DNA from: an uncultured Verrucomicrobiae bacterium
Lineage (GTDB): Bacteria; Verrucomicrobiota; Verrucomicrobiia; Chthoniobacterales; Chthoniobacteraceae
NCBI GenBank assembly: GCA_963828525.1
Contig: CAWHEP010000011.1
Span: forward strand, 160,001 to 224,000
DNA length: 64,000 nt
Direction of reading: 5' to 3'
Part shown: piece by piece, positions 40,181 to 48,447 of the stretch
Layout of the letters: the number at the start of each line of letters is the position of its first letter
How positions within the stretch are numbered: the first letter of the stretch is position 1
The notes under the pieces: model-generated
What the model was told of the DNA's origin: nothing
Database searches by the model: none
Seen by the model: the letters and a program-made list of their open reading frames with translations, nothing else
Translations under genes and position numbers: made by a program

Positions 40181-40382
40181 AGCCTGGTCATCGAACCTTT
40201 CTACGCCGAACTGGCCCACGCAACACATCGACGGCATCGAATCGGCTTGTCTGCCTTCCCCGAAGTTGCATGAGGCTATCGCGGCGGAAGCGGTGGTGCT
40301 TGTGAAGGAGCGGTTTGAGGAGCGAGCCGGGAGCGAGCAGAACACGCTGAAGCGTAAGCCCTGGTTGCCATTCGCTTTTAAC
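40181..40382 (+). repeat. degenerate repeat unit A copy 2
   Basis: Roughly 80-85% identical by eye to 39300-39450; IESACLPSPKLHEAIAAEAVVLVKERFEERAGSEQNTLKRKPWLPFAFNAG. Confidence 0.8.
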
Positions 40383-40394
40383 GCGGGGGTGGGG

Positions 40395-40590
40395 ATCCAC
40401 ACTTTGGAAAAGCATGGGATCGCGGAGGCGCGCCGGCTGGCGATCGCCCTTGCGAAAGGAAAGATTGTGCTCCGTCCCGGCGACGCAACAAAGCGCTTAG
40501 TCCCCTACGAATAATACACGGCAGTGCTAGTGAAAGAAAAGAGCGCCTCGGCTTGGGCGCTCAGTGGTTACCAAAAAAGGGGAGGCGGGT
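40395..40590 (+). pseudogene. PBECR1/barnase-colicin E5-like ribonuclease domain with internal stop
   Basis: IHTLEKHGIAEARRLAIALAKGKI...KRLVPYE*YTAVLVKEKSASAWALSGYQK; TAA at 40512-40514. Confidence 0.55.
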
Positions 40591-40800
40591 TTTTCCGTCC
40601 GCTGCCGTGAAAACTGCGATATGTCGCAGGCGCGGGCCGTCCTTGGTGTTCTCGCGCCAGATCTCTGTAGGGCGTTCCACCGTCGCTTCGATGTGCGGCA
40701 GAAATTCGGGCCGCGCCGACTGAGTTTCCTTTTCCAGATGCGCCTTCAGGCGAGAGCCAAAGCCGATTGTGTTTCCGATGGGGTCCAGAACCTCGTTTAC
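40588..40800 (-). pseudogene. PBECR2-like nuclease domain, N-terminal half
   Basis: VNEVLDPIGNTIGFGSRLKAHLEKETQSARPEFLPHIEATVERPTEIWRENTKDGPRLRHIAVFTAADGKT (P.EIW motif); not in the ORF track. Confidence 0.6.
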
Positions 40801-40838
40801 CGTCTTCCCCGCGATCCGCTTATCGGGGAATCCGCCGG

Positions 40839-40964
40839 GAACGAGCGTTGCACAGGAGTCTCGCTCGAAAACGTCAGCGGCACCGTCCGCTTTGCCGTGT
40901 CGGTTGACCCGCGCTCCAGTTCAAAGCTGCGATATTGGTTCGGAAACTTGATTACCTGGGTCAC
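40839..40964 (-). pseudogene. 5' stub of an HK97-type prohead protease gene
   Basis: GTG start, then TQVIKFPNQYRSFELERGSTDTAKRTVPLTFSSETPVQRSF (RTV.L.FSSE.PV.R motif). Confidence 0.65.
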
Positions 40965-41099
40965 ATCGCCGCAGGGCTTGTCAACGTTTTCAGCAGGTGC
41001 TAGTGTTACGGCGATGCTATCGCGCCTCGTTGGCAGCGACTATAGGCGGTCGGCAGCAGTGGGAGCGGCTGCCGCGCTTTGCCACTGACTTTCTCCAAG

Positions 41100-41225
41100 T
41101 CAATAGTTCGCGTAGAAAAGTTTCCCTTTGCGCCATCCGTTCACGGAAGTCTGAGTTTTCGGAGTTCCGGTAATGATGTTTCCCGTCGTCTCGCCGATCT
41201 GATGCGACACGACACCGAAACTGGT
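41100..41225 (-). pseudogene. PBECR2-like nuclease domain, C-terminal half with stop
   Basis: TSFGVVSHQIGETTGNIITGTPKTQTSVNGWRKGKLFYANY* (RKGKL.Y end motif). Confidence 0.6.
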
Positions 41226-41360
41226 TGAGCCGGTGAATGTCTACGTTACATCCGGTTCTACGCAGGTAGCCCTACAGTTTGGTGCAGGCTACCTGGTTGC
41301 CGCCAACGAGTCGATACTACGCCCCTTTTCGCGTCCGAGCAATCAAATGCTCGCAAACGC
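41226..41360 (+). repeat. repeat unit C copy 2
   Basis: tgagccggtgaatgtctacgttacatccggttctacgcaggtagccctacagtttggtgcaggctacctggttgccgccaacg..., matching 39523-39657. Confidence 0.85.
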
Positions 41361-41409
41361 AGGGCGCTGGCATCGTTTTGATAAAACCCGTTCCACTCGC
41401 ATGGCTGTT

Positions 41410-41934
41410 TCATAGCGGGCGTCGCCACTCGTCGGTGTCGCTCACAAACGCCTCTCGCGCGTTTTGCTCCTTCTCCTCCTCGGTGAATGTATAAGCCTCG
41501 AACCCCTCGAAGATGCTACCGTAATCGGGGTTCACTTCCGTATCCATAATGACTCCATCGATGACATGGCCTTCGCGTACGATGGCGTAACCCTTTGTAG
41601 CAAAAACGGGAGCATGAGGCCGGGGAGCGTCAACTGTGAAACGAAGCACTCGGTCTCCGTCTCGAACCCTGGCTTCCACCCACCTGAACATTTCCAGCGA
41701 ATCGCTGCGACGAGGATCACTTGCGGTCGCATATTGGCGCAGGAATTCGCTTTTCACTTCCTCAAATCCGACTTCCCCGCCCAAAAGGATGCTTTCTCCG
41801 CCCGCTCTCCGCTCCAGGCTCTGGGGCGCGTGGGGCATGCAGTAGCCCTCAGTGCGATTCGCCGTTGTCACCAGAATCCTCCTGCCACAGAATTTGCACG
41901 TTGTTACGGGTTCCTCTGGCCAGCGATCGTTCAT
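41410..41934 (-). CDS. hypothetical protein with N-terminal CxxC...C motif
   Basis: Intact 174-aa ORF, CKFCGRRILVTTANRTEGYCMPH, acidic C-terminus. Confidence 0.6.
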   Translation of the reverse strand: MNDRWPEEPVTTCKFCGRRILVTTANRTEGYCMPHAPQSLERRAGGESILLGGEVGFEEVKSEFLRQYATASDPRRSDSLEMFRWVEARVRDGDRVLRFTVDAPRPHAPVFATKGYAIVREGHVIDGVIMDTEVNPDYGSIFEGFEAYTFTEEEKEQNAREAFVSDTDEWRRPL

Positions 41935-42202
41935 TTCTGAAATTTATGCGCAATTACTCAGGCGGAGAAGAGATTTAAAGCGCGAACATTCCGGGGTAAA
42001 GGAGCCTCGCCGAGGCGTCCGTGCGTCTAAACGCAACCCCGATCGCTCCAACCCGCCGCATTAAGAGCCCTGTGAATGCCGTTCTGCCGACGCCAGGCAC
42101 TTTCAGCTTTGCAGCGCGTATCCCCAAAGCTAACCTCCGGAGCATCCTACCGGCGGACACAACAGGTGTTTCTCAATTCCGATGGAAAACCGTCACCCGA
42201 TC

Positions 42203-42292
42203 ATGTTGGAACAATCCTTTAGAAACATGGGCGATGTTCTCTGGAAAGAGGCCGGTTGCACCACGGAACTGGACTATACCGAGCAGCTATGA
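42203..42292 (+). pseudogene. 29-codon N-terminal stub of a type I R-M HsdM
   Basis: MLEQSFRNMGDVLWKEAGCTTELDYTEQL* resembles the HsdM start MFEQAFKNIDD.L.KEAGCTTELDYTEQ. Confidence 0.75.
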
Positions 42293-42371
42293 GGAATGGG
42301 AATAATAGGAAGAATGGGGAATAAGGGGGAGCAATGAAACGCATGCTTCGCCTAAGTCCCAGACTTCCCAT

Positions 42372-43022
42372 GACGCGGAGCGGCTGCTGCCTCCGCGTGG
42401 CGACTACCGGACGCTGCACTCGTTCCAAAAGGCGGAGGTGATCTACGACCTCACTTTTCGCTTTGCCTACAAGCATCTCGCGAAGGGTGACCGAACTGTT
42501 GATCAGATGATTCAGTCGGCGAGGTCGGGCAAAAAGAACATCCTGGAGGGCAGCAAGGCGGCGGTGACTTCGAAGGAAACGGAAATCAAGCTGACGAATG
42601 TGGGCCGGGCCAGTCTTGAGGAATTGCTGGACGACTTCAAAGATTTTCTCCGCGCTCGCGACCTCCCGATGTGGGGCAAGGACTCCAAGGAGGCGCTCTA
42701 TGTCCGCCAACTGGGGCGGGAAATTCCCCAAACCTACGAACTTTACCGCGTGTTTGTGGAGACCCGGCAGGCAGAAACGGTGGCCAACATTGCCATCTGC
42801 CTGATCCATCAAGCCAACTATCTCATTGATCAGCAGCTCCGCCGGCTGGAAGCGGAATTTGTTGAACAGGGCGGATTACGAGAGCGCATGACCCGGGTCA
42901 GGCTTGCCTCGCGGAGTCGGACTTCGGAGGTGACCAAGAATTGCGGCGCATCCGGCCCTCCGTTAGGGCGCGAAGAGCCCGACAAGATCAAGTCTAGCGG
43001 TTTCGCTGGCTATGATCGCTAA
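42372..43022 (+). CDS. four helix bundle protein with suffix domain (start uncertain or frameshifted)
   Basis: LLPPRGDYRTLHSFQKAEVIYD, DRTVDQMIQSARSGKKNILEGS, RASLEELLDDF, FVEQGGLRERMTR. Confidence 0.85.
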   Translation, partial: DAERLLPPRGDYRTLHSFQKAEVIYDLTFRFAYKHLAKGDRTVDQMIQSARSGKKNILEGSKAAVTSKETEIKLTNVGRASLEELLDDFKDFLRARDLPMWGKDSKEALYVRQLGREIPQTYELYRVFVETRQAETVANIAICLIHQANYLIDQQLRRLEAEFVEQGGLRERMTRVRLASRSRTSEVTKNCGASGPPLGREEPDKIKSSGFAGYDR

Positions 43023-43071
43023 CGTTGAAGAAGTCGGTGCAACACGGAAAACTTTCCGTTAAACTTCCCCC

Positions 43072-43497
43072 ATGGCACAGGACCCTGACGTGCGCTGGCG
43101 GCAGCGTCTGCACAACTTTCGCAAAGCTTTTACCCAGCTATCGAAGGCGGCGGATACGGCTCGGGAACGGAAATTATCCGATCTGGAACAGCAAGGGCTT
43201 ATTCAAGCCTTCGAGTTCACGCATGAACTTGGTTGGAACACTCTGAAAGACTTCTTGGAATCTCGCGGCGTCGCAAAACTCTACGGCTCCAAAGACGCGA
43301 CTCGCGAAGCTGTCGGGAGGGGATTGATCGAAAACGGGGAGGCGTGGATGGCTATGATCCAGAGTCGCAACCAGACCACTCACACCTACGACGAGGACAC
43401 TGCCAATGAGATTGCCAGGATGATTCTTCACAGCTATGTGTCCGAATTCGGGACGTTTCTCCAAAAGTTCACCGAGCTCGAGGCAGCCGAAACATGA
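43072..43497 (+). CDS. HEPN-like nucleotidyltransferase substrate-binding protein (HI0074 family)
   Basis: DVRWRQRL.NF, GLIQAFEFTHEL.W, SRNQTTHTY (RxxxxH). Confidence 0.92.
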   Translation: MAQDPDVRWRQRLHNFRKAFTQLSKAADTARERKLSDLEQQGLIQAFEFTHELGWNTLKDFLESRGVAKLYGSKDATREAVGRGLIENGEAWMAMIQSRNQTTHTYDEDTANEIARMILHSYVSEFGTFLQKFTELEAAET

Positions 43498-43811
43498 CGG
43501 CAACTCACGGACTTTCGGACGGAACGGTAGCGCGAATTGCCGAAGTGTTGACCCGCTTCCCGCAGGTGGAAAGAGCGTTGCTTTTCGGTTCCCGCGCGAA
43601 GGCAACACATAGGCCGGGATCCGATATAGACCTGGCTCTTGTCGGGAGCCAGCTCGATTTGCAGACCCTGGGCAGGATTGATGACGGTCTGGATGATCTG
43701 CTGCTGCCATACCGGTTCAGTCTGTTGATTTACGGCGAGGCCACAGGTTCCGAAATCGCGGCGCACATCCGCCGCGTTGGAGTGCCCTTTTTCGACAAAC
43801 AGGAGGCGTAG
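43494..43811 (+). CDS. minimal nucleotidyltransferase (MNT) antitoxin
   Basis: LLFGSRAKATHRPGSDIDLAL; ATGA overlap with the HEPN gene. Confidence 0.92.
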   Translation: MTATHGLSDGTVARIAEVLTRFPQVERALLFGSRAKATHRPGSDIDLALVGSQLDLQTLGRIDDGLDDLLLPYRFSLLIYGEATGSEIAAHIRRVGVPFFDKQEA

Positions 43812-43870
43812 TGGCAGCCGGACTGCTATTGCTAGGAGCATCAGAACCAGAAGGACGCGAGAAGACTTGG

Positions 43871-46173
43871 ATGAGCGCGAAATCGAAACGGGGCTGAGGC
43901 TTGGCGCGCGGCCTGTCGCAGAAGATCGAGTCCTCGGACCTCCGCCGCGGGATCGGCGCGCCGCTGGCATTTGCGTCCTGCTTGTCGGGTTCGTTTTTGT
44001 TGTTTTCGGGCAGACGGCGCGCTTCGGTTTCGTCAACTATGATGACAACTCATACGTCTATGAGAACCAAATCGTGCAGCGGGGCCTTTCAGTGGACGGA
44101 GTGTCGTGGGCGCTGCGGTATGGAGGCATTGGGCATTGGCATCCGTTAACATGGGTGACCCACATGCTGGACTACCAGCTTTTTGGAATGTGGGCAGGGG
44201 GACATCACCTGACGAATGTTCTTCTCCATGCCATCGCGGCGGTGTTGCTCTTCCTTACGTTTGCGCGGATGACGGGAGCGCTCTGGCGATGCGCTTTTGT
44301 CGCCGCGGCGTGGGCCATTCATCCATTGCGCGCGGAGTCCGTTGCCTGGATTTCCGAGCGGAAGGACGTGCTTTCCGGAGTATTTTTCATGCTGACGCTG
44401 GCCGCCTACACGCGCTACGCGCGGCGGCCCGCTGTGGGTGGTTACCTCCTGGTGGCGCTGCTTTTTGCCTTGGGGTTGCTCTCCAAGGGCATGCTGGTGA
44501 CCCTGCCATGTTTGCTGCTGCTGCTGGATTACTGGCCGCTCCGTCGCGCGGGATATTCGTTTCCCAGCCTGCTGAAGGAGAAAATTCCGCTGCTCGGGCT
44601 CTCGGCCATCTCTTGCGCGGCCACGTGGTTGTCGCCCGAAAAAATCGACGCGGCCGCGCGCCTCCCGCTCTGGCTGCGGATCGAAAATTGCCTTGATTCG
44701 TACTGCGTGTATCTGCGGCAAACCATCTGGCCAGCAGATCTTGCCGTCGTATATCCGAATCCTACCCAGGCTTTCCCCTTGTGGGGACTCGCGGGGTCAT
44801 TTGTGCTTCTTTGCGGTGTTTCAGTCGCGGCATACGCGCTGCGAAAGCAGCGTCCCGCTCTGCTGGCTGGCTGGTTCTGGTTTTTGGGAATGCTTGTTCC
44901 TGTCCTCGGCATGGCGCAGATTTCATTCTGCGCCCATGCTGATCGCTACACGTACCTGCCGCAGATCGGCCTTTTGGTGGCGGCAACCTGGGTCACCGCG
45001 GACTGGGCGGGAGAGATCCAGTTTCCGCGCGCGCTGCTTGCGGGCGCGGCGGGATTGATTCTCTGCGCCCTAGGCATTGCGGCCTGGCATCAGACCTCCT
45101 ATTGGGAGGGGAGCGCTGCCCTTTGGACCCACGCGCTTGGATGCTCGCGGGCCAACTACGTTGCCGAAACGAATTTGGGCCTCGCGCTGGCTCAGACGGG
45201 AAATACCGAAGCCGCGGCATCCCATTACCGGGAAGCCCTGCGAATCAATCCCCGTTACGCGCTTGCACAGTATGACCTTGGGGTGAGCTTGGAGGCGCAA
45301 GGTCAAACCGCGGAAGCAATGTCGCGCTATCGGGAAGCTCTACGGATCGATCCCGCCTGCGCGGAAGCGTATAACAATCTGGGTAATGCTCTTGGAGGGC
45401 AGGGGAGAATAGAGGAGGCGATGAACTGCTACACCGAAGCCTTGCGGATTCGTCCCGATTACGCGGATGCCGAAAACAATCGTGGCAATGTCCTGTTTCG
45501 GAAGGGGCGCGTCGCCGACGCGATTGCGGCTTATGGCGCGGCGTTGCGAATCAATCCGGCGGACGCGGACGCGGCTAATAATATGGGCAACGCCCTGCTT
45601 CAGCAGGGGCGGATGGAGGAAGCGATCGTGAGCTACCGCAACGCTTTGCGGGTTGATAGTCGCTGCGCTGAAGCCGATTTCAACCTCGGCGTCGCGCTGG
45701 AGCGGCAAGGCCGCATTGAAGAGGCGATCTCCAGCTACCGGGAAGCCCTCCGGGTTAACCCTGCCTACGCGGACGCTCACAACAACTTGGGCAATATTTT
45801 GCTTTCACAAGGAAAATACGCTGAAGCGATTTCGCAAGTGGAGAAAGCCCACGAGCTCCAGCCATCCAATATGATCCTCCAGACTAATCTCGCGTCGATG
45901 CTCGTGACTGTGCCGCAAGCTTCTTTGCGCGACGGAGCCAGAGCGTTGCGACTTGCCGAGCAGGCGAGTCAATCAGCGGGAGGCAACGACCCCCATTCCC
46001 TGCGCGTGCTTGCCGCCGCCTGTGCCGAAACAGGCGCGTTCCCTAAGGCCATCGAAAAAGCGCAGGAAGCCATGCGGCTTGCGGAGGCTCAGTCAGACAC
46101 GCCCCTCGCCGATGCGCTACGTCGGGAGATCGAGATTTACCGAGCGGGGCGCCGATGCGTGGATGTCCAGTGA
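43871..46173 (+). CDS. TMTC-like membrane glycosyltransferase with TPR repeats (5' start uncertain)
   Basis: FVNYDD, WHPLTW, HPLRAESVAWISERKDVL, ADRYTYLP, ~8 TPRs. Confidence 0.85.
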
Positions 46174-46296
46174 AGATCACGGCATCCAAACTGGGCCGCG
46201 ACGCGAGCTTTGCTTCTCCCGTCGCAGATCGGTGAATTCGTTGTTGGCGCGCTTTTTCTTTCTTTCCCCGGGCGCACTGGGAAAAATGACTCCCCC

Positions 46297-47263
46297 ATGA
46301 ATCCACCACGCGTCCTTGTCACGACCACTTCGTTTCAGGATACCCCAGGGATCCACCACGAAATGCTCGCAGCGGCCGGATTTGAAATTGTCCGTGAGCG
46401 CGGGCCGCTTTCCGAGGCGAAAATGCTGGAACTTGCGGGCCAGTTCGACGCCTATCTCTGCGGCGACGACGCGCTCACACGCGCGGTGATCGCCAAATCG
46501 CTCCCGCGCCTAAAGGTGATTTCAAAATATGGCATCGGCCTCGACAAGATCGATCTTGCCGCCGCCACCGATCTAAAGGTGCCCGTGCTTTTCACGCCGG
46601 GTGTGAATCACACCACGGTCGCGGAGCACACCTTCTGCCTGATGCTTGCCGCCGTGCGCAACCTCGTCGTCGAGGCCAACCATACAGCCGCGGGCCGCTG
46701 GACGCGCATCACCGGCAACGAGGTTTGCGGCAAGACGCTCGCCATCATCGGCTTCGGCCGCATTGGCAAGGAGGTCGCGATCCGCGCCCGCGCTTTCGGC
46801 CTCAACGTTCTCGGTTACGGTAACTACTGGGACGAGGATTTTGCCCGCTGGTATGGCATCGAGCGCGTTGAAAAGTTCGAGGACGCCCTCCGCCGCGCCG
46901 ATATTATCACGCTCCATACCAAGCTGACCGCCGCGACCAAGGGTCTCATCAACGCGAAAAATTTTCCGCTCATCAAAAAAGGCGCTGTCATTGTGAACAC
47001 GGGCCGCAGTGACCTGATCGAGCTTCTCCGCGCTTCTCGAGGCGCTGAAGTCCAGGCATCTCCTGGCCTACGCCGCCGATGTGCTCGACGAGGAGCCGCC
47101 GCCCGCCAATCATCCGTTGCTCGGTCTGGACAACGTGATCATTACCCCGCACATCGGCTCCCGCACGCATGAGAGCGTGCAGCGGCAGGCGAGTTGCGCG
47201 GTCGAAAATCTAACCCTCTTTCTCGCCGGCAAGAAACCGATCGCGCAGGCAAATCAGGTTTGA
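46297..47263 (+). CDS. D-2-hydroxyacid (phosphoglycerate) dehydrogenase family, frameshift near 47030
   Basis: SKYGIGLDKID, IIGFGRIG, VNTGR; then DVLDEEPP...ITPHIGSRT in the next frame. Confidence 0.85.
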
Positions 47264-47304
47264 CACTCTTCTGTCGTCCCCAACGCCAATAATCCTTCGA
47301 CTCC

Positions 47305-48403
47305 ATGCCCGAAACATTTCACATCGTCCCCGAATCCCAGCACAACGCCCTCATCGCCGCTTGCTACCAGCATCGCGGCTTCCTCGCCGACGAAGCGGCC
47401 GAAGGCGCGCGTTTTTGCGCGGAAGCCTCGCGCCACGGCATTCGCACGCATAACGGCATCAAGGCCCTTCACCTCGATCACCTCTTCGGCTCCGGCTCGA
47501 AAGGGTGCGTGCCCGGCGCACAAGATCGAGGAGAAGCCGTCGCGTTTCCCTGCGGCGAAGATCTGGAACGCCAATAAAAAGCTCGGCCAATCCACCGCCT
47601 ATCGCGCCATGGATGAAGCCATCCGTCTCGCCGATCAATTTGGCGTGGGCACCGTTAGCGTGGACAACGCGTTCCACTATCTGTGGGGCGGCGGGTATGT
47701 TATTGATGCCGCGCGGCGGGGATATATCGCCTACACCAACTGCACCGCCGCGCTCGCAGAGGTCGTGCCTTTCGGCGGCAAGTTCCCCACGCTCGGCACG
47801 AACCCGCATTCGTGGGGTTTTCCCACTACCGAAGCAGTCGGCTTCCCCATTGTGATCGATTGGGCAACCTCTGTCGTCGCCATGGGCCGCGTCCAGCAAC
47901 TCAAGCGCGAAGGGAAGCAATTACCGCCGATGGCTGCCGTGGACAAGGATGGCAACCCGACAACGGACCCCAACCAGGCGGTCTCCCTGCTCCCCTTTGG
48001 CGCGCACAAAGGCTATGGCCTCTCCCTCATCAACGAGATTGTCGGTGGATTTGTCGGTGGCTCGCTGCCGACCATCCGCAATCGCTGGGACAAAGCTGAG
48101 GGCGACAAGGGCAGCTGCGTCTTCTTTTTCCAGGTCATCCACCCGGAGGCGATCAGCGGCGGGGCTTTTGCGAAAGGCCGCAACCAGTCGCAAAACGTGA
48201 AAGCCGTCATTGAAGATGTCCTGGGCCACGGAAATGAAAAGTGCATGCTGCCCGGCCAGATCGAGGCTACATGGAGCAGGCATAGCGCGGCTGCCGGCGG
48301 TCTTCTTTTCAGCGAAGCGGAAATCGCCGCCTTCAACGAACTGGCCACCGAAAGCGGCCAGCCCTTGTGGGATGTCCAAACCTTTAAGACCGTTGTGATC
48401 TAA
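47305..48403 (+). CDS. Ldh_2 family oxidoreductase (YiaK/ComC/AllD-like), frameshift near 47520
   Basis: RHGIRTHNG, LGTNPHSWGFP, DWATSVVAMG, LLPFGAHKGYGL, LPGQ. Confidence 0.85.
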
Positions 48404-48447
48404 GCCGACCTGCCACGCATTTAAAAACCCAGCCGAATCCCCATCCC

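Larger units (their letters stand above)
40588..41226 (-). mobile_element. ~635 bp inverted, circularly permuted phage fragment (split PBECR2-like domain, spacer, prohead-protease 5' stub)
   Basis: Absent from the paralogous site gaggcgGGTgagccgg at 39515. Both ends carry GGT, and rejoining them gives one continuous reading frame. Confidence 0.75.

Noticed and set aside
39248..41360. CRISPR array or integron cassette array
   Set aside because: The repeats are long, occur only twice and are coding-derived; no cas genes, no integron integrase and no convincing attC sites.
42372..43022. Four helix bundle protein as the Avd of a diversity-generating retroelement, with the 39-41 kb repeats as TR/VR
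   Set aside because: No reverse transcriptase in the window, and the differences between repeat copies are not adenine-specific.
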